A DNA stretch of 61,004 nucleotides from Macrostomum lignano. Lineage: Eukaryota. Under the pieces are notes generated by a model that was not told where the DNA came from, searched no databases, and saw nothing but the letters and a program-made list of their open reading frames with translations. How positions within the stretch are numbered: position 1 is the stretch's first letter; the number at the start of each line of letters is the position of its first letter. Location: the NCBI GenBank assembly GCA_002269645.1, contig NIVC01004087.1, positions 1-61,004 on the forward strand, in the 5' to 3' direction. Shown here piece after piece: positions 1 to 20,490 of the stretch. Position numbers and translations under genes: made by a program.

Positions 1-560
1 AGGACGTCCTTACTGTTGTTGTCAAGGACGTCCTTACTGTTGTTGTCAAGGACGTCCTTACTGTTGTTGTCAAGGACGTCCTTAATTTTGCTGCCGAGGA
101 CTTGTTGTATTGCTGTTGTCAAGGACTTCCTTACTGTTGTTGTCAAGGACGTCCTTACTGTTGTTGTCAAGGACGTCCTTAATGTTGTTGTCAAGGCCTT
201 GTTTTTACTGTTGTTGTCAAGGACGTCCTTAATGTTGCTGTCAAGGACGTCCTTACTGTTGTTGTCAAGGACGTCCTTAATGTTGCTGTCAAGGACGTCC
301 TTACTGTTGTTGTCAAGGACGTCCTTAATGTTGCTGTCAAGGACGTCCTTACTGTTGTTGTCAAGGACGTCCTTAATGTTGCTGTCAAGGACGTCCTTAC
401 TTTTGTTGTCAAGGACGTCTTTACTGTTGTTGTCAAGGACGTCCTTACTGTTGTTGTCAAGGACGTCCTTAATGTTGTTCTCAAGGACGTCTTTACCGTT
501 GTTTGCAAGGACGCATTTATTCTTGTTGTCAAAGACGTGTTGTACTTTTGTTGTCAAAGG
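1..560. repeat. 24-bp minisatellite (AGGACGTCCTTACTGTTGTTGTCA)
   Basis: Period of 24 bp visible directly; the array degenerates to the right. Confidence 0.95.
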
Positions 561-735
561 ATGATGTGCTGCATTGTTCTTGTCAAGATCGTATTGTCAA
601 GGACATGTTGTACTGTTGCTGACAACAACTCTTGTAATTTGGTTGTCAAGGGTCTTCAATAGGGTCTCTAATTTGTTTTTCTTGAGTACGTTCACATGTA
701 ATTTTGTTGTTTCTGGGGTTACTTCTTTCGCTCAC

Positions 736-3700
736 CAATTTTCGAGTGTCAGGCTTGCAGCAGTGATGCAGCACGGAGACTGTGAGCAGCAGGGAGCCGA
801 GTCCGAGCAGAGCGAGGCCGCCGCGGCCAAGGGCGCTGGCCCAGAAACGCCTGCGGTAATCGAATGATTAGGAAATTAATTCGCAATGCGAATCATATTT
901 TTTATTCAAATCCGTCACTACGAGTATCTGGCTTCCACTAACTTTCAATCACTGTTGGTGTTGTTATTTGTTTAAGTCATAAACATCATATTGGTTCCCA
1001 TCGCCTCCAGCTACTTCCGTTCACTTTGCGTTAGTTTCTCACTTCGAGCTGGCTTCCGTCACTTTCCACCCATCACTTCGACCTGGTTCCCGTCACTTTC
1101 CACCCATCACTTCGAGCTGGTTCCCGTCACATTCCATCACTTCAAGCTGGTTCCCGTCACATTCCATCGCTCATCACTTCAATCACTTCAATCACTTCCA
1201 TCACTTCAAGCTGATTCCCGTCACTTTCCACCCATAACTTCGAGCTGGTTCCCGTCACTTTCCATCCATCACTTCGAGCTGGTTCCGTCACTTTCCACCC
1301 ATCACTTCAAGCTGGTTCCCGTCACTTTCCATCACTTCGACCTGGTTCCCGTCACTTTCCACACATCACTTCAAGCTGGTTCGCGTCACTTTCCGTTACT
1401 CACCATTCACTTCTCGTCCTAAGACTGCATGAGCCGACACTCCAATGCAGTTAGGTCTCAATCAACTACCTGAATGAACCGCAAGCAAAAATAGTTTATC
1501 TACAAACTCTAACTCTCAAGCCGCGTGTAATCACTATATACCAGACCAGTCAGAGCTGCTACCCCCTGGGTACACTGTGCTTTCCCAGCGTAGCTGGTAC
1601 AAGGACTACTGTTCCTAGTGGTCCTTGAGCTGGTATCGGTGCCAGCTCTTATCTCTAAAAGCAATTATCTAACGGTAGGTTCGTTCCCAGTTTGACTCTG
1701 CATCAGAAAGGTTCCAGTTGCAATCAAGTCAACGACTGATTGACGTCCAAGCTTATCAGTGGAATTTGTCAGTGATTTGGATTTTTGTACCAGCAGCAGT
1801 TACAAAATTGGGCACCAATTCAAAGTTTTTCCAGGAATCAGTCAAGTTTTTCTCCAGAAAATAAATATTTTATTGAAGTAATTTTTCGATTACTAATAAT
1901 AAAAATTAAATAAAGGGAGCCCACCCTGGTGCTGGCGCCCCTGGTGCTGTGCGCCCCTGGTGCTGGCGCCCCTGGTGCTGGCGCCCCTGGTGCTGGCGCC
2001 CCTGGTGCTGGCGCCCCTGGTGCTGGCGCCCCTGGTGCTGGCGCCCCTGGTGCTGGCGCCCCTGGTGCTGGCGCCCCTGGTGCTGGCGCCCCTGGTGCTG
2101 GCGCCCCTGGTGCTGGCGCCCCTGGTGCTGGCGCCCCTGGTGCTGGCGCCCCTGGTGCTGGCGCCCCTGGTGCTGGCGCCCCTGGTGCTGGCGCCCCTGG
2201 TGCTGGCGCCCCTGGTGCTGGCGCCCCTGGTGCTGGCGCCCCTGGTGCTGGCGCCCCTGGTGCTGGCGCCCCTGGTGCTGGCGCCCCTGGTGCTGGCGCC
2301 CCTGGTGCTGGCGCCCCTGGTGCTGGCGCCCCTGGTGCTGGCGCCCCTGGTGCTGGCGCCCCTGGTGCTGGCGCCCCTGGTGCTGGCGCCCCTGGTGCTG
2401 GCGCCCCTGGTGCTGGCGCCCCTGGTGCTGGCGCCCCTGGTGCTGGCGCCCCTGGTGCTGGCGCCTCCAAATGAAAACTCCTCGCAATGTCCCTGCATAC
2501 CTCAGCCAACGAAGAGAATTTCCCAACAAACTTTCTTGTCACATCACACACAGTCCAGCTGGAATAGCGATGGAAGATGGGATAACGAAATCCTTTCTCC
2601 CTGAGCAGCTCGGACTCAATTCTTATTACCCATCCTTCTCAGCCGCCTCTCTCGCTGCCGTGGGCTAAGCAGATCCCAATCAAGTTTCGGGGCCGATAGA
2701 CAGACAGCTCAACTTCAGCCTCATCCTGCGCCGAGAATTTAATCATCATAAGAGACAGAGGCGGACCGAGAGGGGCTGGCGCGGAGACAGCAGGGATACA
2801 CGGGGCTTGTTATGGGATGCGAACTTATTTTTGGAAGGCGCTGGAATTGCATGGCAGGCTCTGTGGGTTGGGCTTTCTGTGAAAATCGCTTTAGTAGGAA
2901 TGAAGCCGATCGAGTTGGAGGAGGAGATGGAGGGGGAATGAAGGGGGGAGTTGGAGGGTGAGATGGAGGGGGAGATGGAGGGGGAGTTGGAGGGGGAGAT
3001 GGAGGGTGGAGATGGAGGGTGAGATGGAGGGGAGATGGAGGGGGAGATGGAGGGGGAGATGGAGGGGGAGTTGGAGGGGGAGATGGAGATGGAGGGGGAG
3101 TTGGAGGGGGGAGATGGAGGGGGGTTGAAGGGGGAGTTGGAGAGGGAGATGGAGGGGGAGTTGGAGGGGGAGATGGAGGGGGAGTTGGAGGGGGAGATGG
3201 AGATGGAGGGGGAGTTGGAGGGGGGAGATGGAGGGGGGTTGGAGGGGGAGATGGAGATGGAGGGGAGTTGGAGGGGGGAGATGGAGGGGGGTTGGAGGGG
3301 GAGAGGGAGATGGAGGGGAGTTGGAGGGGGAGTTGGAGAGGGAGTTGGAGAGGGAGATGGAGGGGAGTTGAAGGGGGAGTTGGAGAGGGAGATGGAGGGG
3401 GGTTGGAGGGGAGATGGAGGGGGAGTTGGAGGGGAGATGGAGATGGAGGGGGAGTTGGAGGGGGGAGATGGAGGGGGGTTGGAGGGGGAGAGGGAGATGG
3501 AGGGGAGTTGGAGGGGGAGTTGGAGAGGGAGATGGAGGGGAGTTGAAGGGGAGTTGGAGAGGGAGATGGAGGGGGAGTTGGAGAGGGAGATGGAGGGGAG
3601 TTGGAGAGGGAGATGGAGGGGGAGTTGGAGAGGGAGTTGGAGGGGGAGATGGAGATGGAGGGGGGTTGAGGGGGAGAAGGAGATGGAGGGGAGTTGAAGG

Positions 3701-4361
3701 GGGAGTTGGAGGGGGAGATGGAGGGGAGTTGAAGGGGGAGTTGGAGGGGGAGATGGAGGGGGAGACAGGCGGGAGAAGAAAGAGGAGATGGAAGGAGAGA
3801 GGCAAAAAGAAGTAAAAATTATCCCTTGCAGTCTAAAAATAGCTCAGAAAAGGAGGCCAGCTGTTGCCAGCCGGGCCCAGTCGAGGCTCCGAAGAAACAG
3901 AGGAGATGATCGCGCAAAAATTGGCAAACTTATACGAAATAAGTAAGCCCTGTAAGTTTTTCTAGGCGGCTGCCTGGCCGTCCTGTCCCTGGGACCTGGG
4001 CCAAGTTCAACACGCTTTGGCCTCTTCCACTCTCCACCCCGGGAAAGCAGGAACTCCCGGGATGGAAATTGAAAAACTTCAGAAAACAGCCGGCGGACTG
4101 GGGAGGCCGGGGGCGGGGGAGGGCAGGGCGGGCGACTCACTGAGTGAGACGATGATGATGATGGCTGCGCGATTAAGGAGGAGCGAAGCAAGGGAGAGAC
4201 TGAGAGAGGCTCTGGCGCTGCTTCGCGGCAGCTCGACTGGCACCAAAAATTTTATTTTCCAAATCGATGGCGATGCGCTGGCCCCGTTTAACCCATTTTT
4301 CCAGGATGCTGGCGGCTGGATTTTATGCCTGTCTGTCTGTGTGTCTGTCTGTCTGTGTCTG

Positions 4362-4396
<35 letters not shown>

Positions 4397-4401
4397 GTCT
4401 G

Positions 4402-4440
<39 letters not shown>

Positions 4441-4473
4441 GTCTGTCTGTCTGTCTATCTGTCTATCTGTCTA

Positions 4474-4504
<31 letters not shown>

Positions 4505-6541
4505 GCCGGTCAGCCCATCACTCACGAGGTGCTGAACACAATGAAGGAGCAGATGCTTAGCGTGAATCCCATAGACATGGCAAAGAATCCGCAAGCCGCC
4601 ACGGTGCCAAAGAATGTCGGCGGTCGGTAGTCCCCAGGCGGGCATCCGTGGTGTTGTTGCTGCTGCCGCAGGTGCTGGCAGTAGCGCTGAGATGTCGCAG
4701 TGGACACTCGGATTGTCCTCCGTTGACCCCCGCCAGCGATGGAACTGGAGGCGGTGGCCAACTCATAATTAGCAGAACAGATCTGCGGAGCTGACTGACA
4801 GGACCGAGTGAGCATGGCTGCCGCGGGACTTGCTGACGATCCAGTCGATCCAAGTGGGAGACCGACTTCACAGGCTTAAAACTTGTTGGGCAGAGAGGAG
4901 GCAGACCCAGACCGATCCCCATTGGTCAGTTGGACATGGATTGGATAGGTCGCTAATTTAAAAAGGATGTGCAACCGACAGCTCAGCCGCAGCTATTGTT
5001 TCAGTGGGTCCGGGAATCGAACCTCCGACCCTCAAGTCGTGAATCCCATGCTCTAACCACGAGGCTACAACCCCCTCCCTTAACTTCCAATTATAAGTTA
5101 CGAAATGCAGTCTAATTTCATGTAGGTAGCAAAATACTTTATTCAGTTCTGAAGGCTTCAAGAGAAATAATAGTTTATTTCTGCTGTATAATCTATCATT
5201 GCCTATACAGAGAGTTTTGTAAGCCTTCTCATCAGAACACATGCATATTTAATAAGACGGAGAAATATAGCCGTCCATTTAGCATTGGAGTGAAACTTGC
5301 GCGCATAGCCACGACTATAGCTAGACAGAAGCTGTGGAAAACTTTTTCGAAGCGCTAATCGATCGGGCATTTATAAATTTCTAGGTGATGCGAGGATAGA
5401 GAGGGGAACGGGGAGGGATAGGGAGAGGGAAGAGGAAAGGGAGGAGAGAGGGAGAGAAGAAGAGAGTGTGGGAGGGAGAGAGGGAGAGAGGGAGAGAGGG
5501 AGGGAGAGAGGGAGAGAGGGAGGGAGATAGGGAGGGAGAAAGAGAGATGGGGAGAGAGGGAGAGAGGGAGGGAGATGGGGAGAGAGGGAGAGATGGGAGA
5601 GAGGAGAGAGGGAGGGAGATGGGGGAGAGGGAGGGAGATAGGGAGGGAGAGGGAGAGAGGGAGGGAGAGGGAGAGATGGGGAGAGAGGGAGAGAGGGAGG
5701 GAGAGGGAGAGATGGGGAGAGAGGGAGAGAGGGGAGAGAGGGAGAGAGGGGGAGATGGGAGAGAGGGGGAGATGGGGAGAGAGGGGGAGATGGGGAGAGA
5801 GGGGGAGATGGGGAGAGAGGGAGAGATGGGGAGAGAGGGGGAGAGAGGGAGAGAGGGAGAGAGAGGAGAGAGGGAGAGAGGGAGGGAGAGAGGAGGGAGA
5901 GGGAGAGATGGGGAGAGAGGGATATAGGGAGGGAGATAGGGAGGGAGAGATGGGGAGAGAGGGAGAGAGGGGGAGAGAGGGAGAGAGGGGGAGATGGGGA
6001 GAGAGGGGGAGAGAGGGAGAGGGAGAGAGAAGGAGAGAGGGGAGAGAGGGGGAGAGAGGGAGAGATGGGGAGAGAGGGGGAGATGGGGAGAGAGGGAGAG
6101 ATGGGGAGACAGGGGAGAGAGGGAGAGAGGGGGAGAGAGGGGGAGAGAGGGGAGAGAGGGAGAGATGGGGAGAGAGGGGGAGATGGGGAGAGAGGGGAGA
6201 TGGGGAGAGGGGGGAGATGGGGAGAGAGGGGGAGATGGGGAGAGAGGGGGAGATGGGAGAGAGGGGGAGATGGGGAGAGAGGGGGAGATGGGGAGAGAGG
6301 GGGAGATGGGGAGAGAGGGAGAGATGGGGAGAGAGGGGGAGATGGGGAGAGAGGGGGAGATGGGGAGAGAGGGGGAGATGGGGAGAGAGGGGGAGATGGG
6401 GAGAGAGGGGGAGTTGGGGAGAGAAGGGAGATGGGAGAGAGGGAGACAGGGAGGGAGAAAGGGAAAGAGTGGGGGAGATGGGGAGAGAGGGAGACAGGGA
6501 GGGAGAGAGGGAAAGAGGGGGGGAGGAAGAGAGAGAGACAG

Positions 6542-6590
<49 letters not shown>

Positions 6591-8900
6591 GGAGAGGGAG
6601 AGGGGAGAGGGGGAGAAGGAGACTTGGAGAAGTGTGGGTTGCACACTTGAAAGCATAACAGCCAAATCAAATATATATTCGTAGTGAAAACAGCAAATCT
6701 CTCGATAGCAGCTCGAAAGCAAAAAATATGAAAAAGTTTAAAGTATATTCAAGAGGCCCCGTACAAAGTACAATCGCAAGTCATAGTAAAATCAGATACT
6801 TAAGTCAGTGAGTTCCACTGACTCAAAGTCCGCAATTATCAATAAATTTTTATTTTGGCAAGACTTGACAATCTGCTCAACTTATCTGCGGCGAAATCCG
6901 ATAGAAGGAGCCGCTCATCATCGACCTCTGACGGTAACCGATCATTGTTGGGGCTCTTGGTCGATGAGCTCTCAAGACTCTGAGCCTCTGCTAAGTTCTG
7001 AGTTTGGCAGGACATTCTGTCAGATTTTATGAAGCCGATAAAGAGATTTTGGGGTGGGGGTTAAATTGATTGCTCCTTAGATGAAACCCCTGTCTCATCT
7101 AAGTTCTAGCTCTACTCTCACCCGTCTCCCTCTACTCTCACCCGTCTGCCTCTAGTCTCACCCGTCTGCCTCTAGTCTCACCCGTCTCCCTCTACTCTCA
7201 CCCGTCTCCCTCTACTCTCACCCGTCTCCCTCTACTCTCACCCGTCTCCCTCTAGTCTCACCCGTCTCCCTCTACTCTCACCCGTTTCCCTCTACTCTCA
7301 CCCGTCTCCCTCTACTCTCACCCATCTACCTCTACTCTCACCAATCTCCCTCTACTTTCACCCGTCTCCTCTACTCTCACCCGTCTCCCTCTACTCTCAC
7401 CAATCTCCCTCTACTCTCACCAATCTCCCTCTACTCTCACCCATCTCCTCTACTCTCACCCGTCTCCCTCTACTCTCACCCGTCTCCTACTCTCACCTGT
7501 GCCCCTCTACTCTCTCACCCATCTCCCTCTACTCTCACAGTCTCCTACTCTACTATTAAATATTGCTCAGTTGAAAAACAATGCATAATACAAGCTGCTC
7601 ACCATACAGACACTCGCTTTCCGAATCCTTTGTCCGTAGAAGGCTTGCATTCGCAATTGAGCCTCTTGTTGTTATTGGCTTGAGTTTGATCAAATAAACT
7701 TGGCATTTTGCCAGCCTCTTGACAGCTGGCGGGGTCCACCATCACCGCTTTATCTATAGTTATTAGCTATTTAGTTTGCAGTTGCTAAGTAGTCCTTCTT
7801 CGCAGGGCTTAGCAATAATTAAGCTTTGCCATAGACAAACATTTTGAATTGCCACCTCAATCTACCCACAGGTGTGTTAACCTACCCACAGGTGTCTTAA
7901 TCTACCCTCAGGTGTCTCAATCTACCCACAGGCGTCTCAATCTACCCACAGGTGTCTCAACCTACCCACAGGTGTCTCAATCTATCCACAGGTGTCTCAA
8001 TCTACCCACAGGTGTCTCAATCTACCCACAGGTGTCTCAATCTACCCACAGGTGTCTCAATCTATCCACAGGTGTCTCAATCTACCCACAGGTGTCTCAA
8101 TCTACCCACAGGTGTCTCAACCTACCCACAGGTGTCTCAATCTACCCACAGGTGTCTCAATCTACCCACAGGTGTGTTAATCTACCCAAAGGTGTCTTAA
8201 TCTAACCTCAGGTGTCTTAATCTAAGCTCAGGTGTCTCAATCTACCCACAGGTGTGTTAATCTACCCACAGGTGTCTTAATCTAAGCTCAGGTGTCTTAA
8301 TCTAACCTCAGGTGTCTCAATCTACCCACAGGTGTCTCAATCTACCCACAGGTGTCTCAATCTACCCACAGGTGTCTCAATCTATCCACAGGTGTCTCAA
8401 TCTACCCACAGGTGTCTCAATCTACCCACAGGTGTCTCAACCTACCCACAGGTGTCTCAATCTACCCACAGGTGTCTCAATCTACCCACAGGTGTGTTAA
8501 TCTACCCAAAGGTGTCTTAATCTAACCTCAGGTGTCTTAATCTAACCTCAGGTGTCTCAATCTACCCAAAGGTGTCTTAATCTAACCTCAGGTGTCTTAA
8601 TCTAACCTCAGGTGTCTCAATCTACCCTCAGGTGTCCCACTCCACCCCCAGGTGTCCCACTCTACCCCCAGGTGTCCCACTCTACCCCCAGGTGTCCCAC
8701 TCTACCCCCAGGTGTCCCACTCTACCCCCAGGTGTCCCCCTAGGGCATTCTATCCCAGCTGACGAAACCCTCTATCCCAGTTAAATTTTGCATCAAAAGC
8801 AAGAGTACCACAAACTTACTTAGCTGTCACATTTTGTCAGCCAGCCGCCCATATACAGTGCAAAATCGGTAGTACCATCCACTGGCTGCCTGCGACCTCT
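736..8900 (-). CDS. Candidate multi-exon membrane-protein gene (not fully resolved)
   Basis: Minus-strand donors (gtaagt 8819, gtgagc 7602, gtgagt 4525, 4140 and 1403, gtgagc 735) mostly precede repeat arrays, as in the tektin gene. Open exon candidates: 7757-7603; ~7000-6880 ([16 protein letters not shown]); 4815-4526 ([37 protein letters not shown], hydrophobic); and 850-736 ([31 protein letters not shown], hydrophobic). I could not join them into one frame. Confidence 0.4.
1013..1400. repeat. Degenerate ~33-bp minisatellite (TCACTTCGAGCTGGTTCCCGTCACTTTCCACCCA)
   Basis: Repeated units visible directly. Confidence 0.85.
1924..2465. repeat. Homogeneous GC-rich 15-bp minisatellite (CCCTGGTGCTGGCGC), ~36 copies
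   Basis: Near-perfect array. It explains the six overlapping repetitive ORFs. Confidence 0.98.
2915..3800. repeat. G/A-rich low-complexity purine tract
   Basis: GGAGGGGGAG(A/T)T-type units. Confidence 0.9.
4328..4504. repeat. (CTGT)n microsatellite
   Basis: Seen directly. Confidence 0.95.
4960..5075 (-). mobile_element. tRNA-derived SINE (head)
   Basis: Pol III A-box-like TAGCCTCGTGG and B-box GGTTCGATTCC. The acceptor and T stems do not pair as a functional tRNA. The head is similar to that of the 33.8 kb copy. Confidence 0.65.
5395..6620. repeat. G/A-rich low-complexity purine tract
   Basis: GGGGAGAGAGGGGGAGAT-type units ending in (GA)n. Confidence 0.9.
7110..7550. repeat. 20-bp minisatellite (CCCGTCTCCCTCTACTCTCA)
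   Basis: Seen directly. Confidence 0.92.
7855..8738. repeat. 20-bp minisatellite (CAGGTGTCTCAATCTACCCA)
   Basis: Seen directly. A variant unit takes over at the right end. Confidence 0.95.
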
Positions 8901-8905
8901 AACTA

Positions 8906-10251
8906 CGAGGTGTATTCAAAAAGTTCTTTTCGGTCCTTTGGCATTTATTTTTAAAAAGCCTTGTAAACAGAATTTTAGCGATTTCACCAAGTTATGTCTA
9001 TGGCCTAAACGTTCCTAGGGTTTTAAGTCTCAGTTTGCAACTATGTTAGAGCAGCGAACATTTCTATCAGCTACCACTCAATTTCTTGGCCATGGCTGAA
9101 TCATTTTCAAAGCAAGACGTTCGAAGCTTGATGAAGTTTCAGTTTCTGCAAGGAAAAAAGCCACCGGATATGTTTAGGGAGCTTCAGCAAGTGCTTGGCA
9201 AATGTGCACCAACTGAGCAGACAGTTCGAAAATGGTACCGGCTGTTCGCTGAGGGAAGAGAGAGCGTTGAGGACAATGATCGCTCTGGAAGGCCGATGAC
9301 TGCAACCAACGAGACTGTCGTGAAGAAAGTGCAAGAGCTCCTGGATGATGATCGGCGACGGACTTGCGAAGAGTTGGCAGAAGACGTTGGTGTGTCAGTA
9401 GGAAGCGTCCACACCATTCTGACGGAGCGTCTTCACCTGCAGAAAAAGTTTTGCAAGTGGGTGCCACACCTGCTGACAGGTGAGCAAAAGATGCAGTGAA
9501 CTCTGGCTTCAAGCAGCCACCTGTGTCGGTTCCATCGAGAAGGGGAGGATTTTCTATCAAGAATTGTAGCTGGAGACGAGACGTGGGTTTACAGCTGGGA
9601 TCCTGAGACAAAGGCCCAGTCTGCCGAATGGCTTCCAGCACATTCTCCAAGACCTCAGAAGGCCATCAGGAAGCAGGGCGCGATGAAGATCATGCACGTC
9701 ATGTTTTTTGATTCCCAAGGAATCCTGCTGAACTGGGCAGTCCCACAAGGAACCACCGTCAATGGGGACTACTACAGGTGGATTCTGCAGGAGAAGCTGC
9801 GCCCAGCAATACGAAAGAAGCGCCCTGATCTGCTGGAATCTGGCGTGATCCTGCTGCACGACAATGCGCCAGCACATCGCAAGCACAACGTCGTGGAACT
9901 CCTGAGCAAATGGGGATGGGAAGTGCTCCAACATCCAGCCTATTCGCCTGATTTGTCGCCGTGCGACTTCTTCTTATTTCCATCTGTGAAGAAGCACCTT
10001 CGGGGCATTCGATTCGACAGCGTCGAGCACATCGAGGCTGCATGCAATCAAGCTGTTCGCCAAACGGACGCGAGTGGTGTGAGTTCCGGAATCAGAGGCC
10101 TGGTAAATCGCTGGCAGAAGTGCAAAGACATTGGCGGTGAATATGTTGAGTGACCGAATCATGTTAAGCAATCTAACAGTGTTTTCATAGTTCCAGTTGT
10201 TTTGTGTTCAGTTTTGTAGGGCACCGAAAAGAACTTTTTGAATACACCTCG
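8906..10251 (+). mobile_element. Full-length mariner (DD34D) DNA transposon, 1346 bp
   Basis: Perfect 29-bp TIRs (CGAGGTGTATTCAAAAAGTTCTTTTCGGT at 8906-8934; reverse complement at 10223-10251) flanked by TA on both sides (8904-8905, 10252-10253). Confidence 0.96.
9092..10153 (+). pseudogene. Mariner transposase with a single in-frame nonsense codon (TGA 9497-9499)
   Basis: HTH region, WVPHLL, GDETW, HDNAPAH and YSPDLSPCD motifs, with 34 residues between the 2nd and 3rd Asp. The two ORF-track segments are in the same frame and separated only by one TGA. Confidence 0.93.
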
Positions 10252-10785
10252 TAACATCAATTTTAGCTGGAGCGCACATGCAATCTGCAGTCACAGTTTG
10301 GTTCTATGCAGTCCCAGTTGTACTATTGCACTGTGATCGATATGGGAGTGCTGGCATGTCTTGCGCTGCTACCACTACCACAGTCCACAGCTAAATGTCA
10401 ATCCATAGAATTTATGGGACGAAAAATATTGCAGTGTTGCGAAGCTGTACAACTATCGTACAGAGAGAAAACATACATTAGCAGAAACTATTTTGCATTT
10501 GTTCTTCAACAAGTGTTCCTCTATAGATTATTGTGAATTTTTCAACTGGCTGACATTCTACATGATAATAATTGTGGGCATTTGGTAAATTAGATTTGCA
10601 TATAGAGATACATTATAAAGTCGTTATAATGTACATTATTATATATTATTAGTCTACCTAAAGTAGATATACGTGTGTATAGAAGTAGAGTTTTATCGCA
10701 AAATTGTCTATTTTTTAAACAATTAAAACAAAGTGAGAGAAATTTGAATTTAAAGCAAACAAATTAAGTTATAACAAAAAATATA

Positions 10786-11091
10786 TTCTATTCTATTACA
10801 TTATATTATAATATATCATATTATATTCCATGCTATTCTATTCTATTCTATTCTATTCTATTCTATTCTATTCTATTCTATTCTATTCTATTCTATTCTA
10901 TTCTATTCTATTCTATTCTATTCTATTCTATTCTATTCTATTCTATTCTATTCTATTCTATTCTATTCTATTCTATTCTATTCTATTCTATTCTATTCTA
11001 TTCTATTCTATTTTATTTTATTCTATTCTGTTCTATTCTATTCTATTCTATTCTATTCTATTCTATTCTATTCTATTCTATTCTATTCTAC
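10786..11091. repeat. (TATTC)n pentanucleotide microsatellite just 3' of the tektin stop
   Basis: Seen directly. Confidence 0.95.
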
Positions 11092-11117
11092 TGTCATGTC
11101 TCTTGCCCAGCGTCTCA

Positions 11118-19490
<8,373 letters not shown>

Positions 19491-20012
19491 ATTGATGAAG
19501 CTGTGAACTTCTGTCAGATATTCTAGTATTCTGAATATTCTGACGCTGTGTTTAATTTGCTATTGAGCTGACAGAGATAGAGCGTGAAGCACGGAGTGAG
19601 AGAGAGATGAAGTGAAGTGAGAAGCTGAGGCGGGAGTTGGTATATTAGACCAGTTACTTGCTTGAGTCCGACCAACTCTCAACCCACCCCCCTTCCCCGG
19701 TCTCTCAGGTAAATTGTTGTCCGCTGCGTGTCATGGCTAAACAATGGCAGATTGCATTTAGTGGTATCTCATCTTCAAACGAACTCGAATTATATTTAGA
19801 AGCTGAGGCTTGTTTGTCTGTTATAATAAGAATCCCTCTCTCTGTACCTGGGTAAACGGCCAGCACTTTCTGAGCCTGCATAGTGCACATGCACACTTGC
19901 CTTGTCTGAGTGGTTCTCAGTTTCAGTAGGTCTGACATGTGCCCCAACAGTTAATGGAATTGGCTGTTGACCATGCACTGGGCAACCGCGCGACGGAAGT
20001 GCTTTAGTAAGA

Positions 20013-20295
<283 letters not shown>

Positions 20296-20490
20296 AGTTT
20301 GTTTGAGTAGTCCCTGGTTTAGGATAGGGTTTACGATAGAGTTCAGGATAGGGTTTAGAATTGGGTCTAGGATAGGGTTTAAGATCCTTCTTAAACTTTA
20401 TCCTAAACCTTTATCCTTCTTTTTCGAAGGATGCCTTCAAACCTTTTACATGTGGACCTTTTGACTTTTACGAAGGTATTTCGGAATATC

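Noticed and set aside
3843-4630. Plus-strand exon chain ([23 protein letters not shown]...)
   Set aside because: It is phase-compatible but unrecognised, needs a weak donor inside (CTGT)n, and overlaps a better-supported minus-strand hydrophobic exon.
4960-5075. tRNA-Val(CAC) gene (also 33835-33905)
   Set aside because: The A and B boxes are present, but the acceptor and T stems do not pair and a SINE body follows. Called as SINE heads.
1838-6722. Long Pro/Gly/Glu/Arg-rich ORFs (APG repeats, GE/RG repeats, collagen- or mucin-like)
   Set aside because: They are translations of stop-free tandem repeats and purine tracts, open in several frames on both strands.
20310-20412. Telomere-like TTAGGG remnant
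   Set aside because: The units are GGTTTAGGATAG variants with a short inverted copy. This looks more like a TE subterminal repeat than an interstitial telomere.
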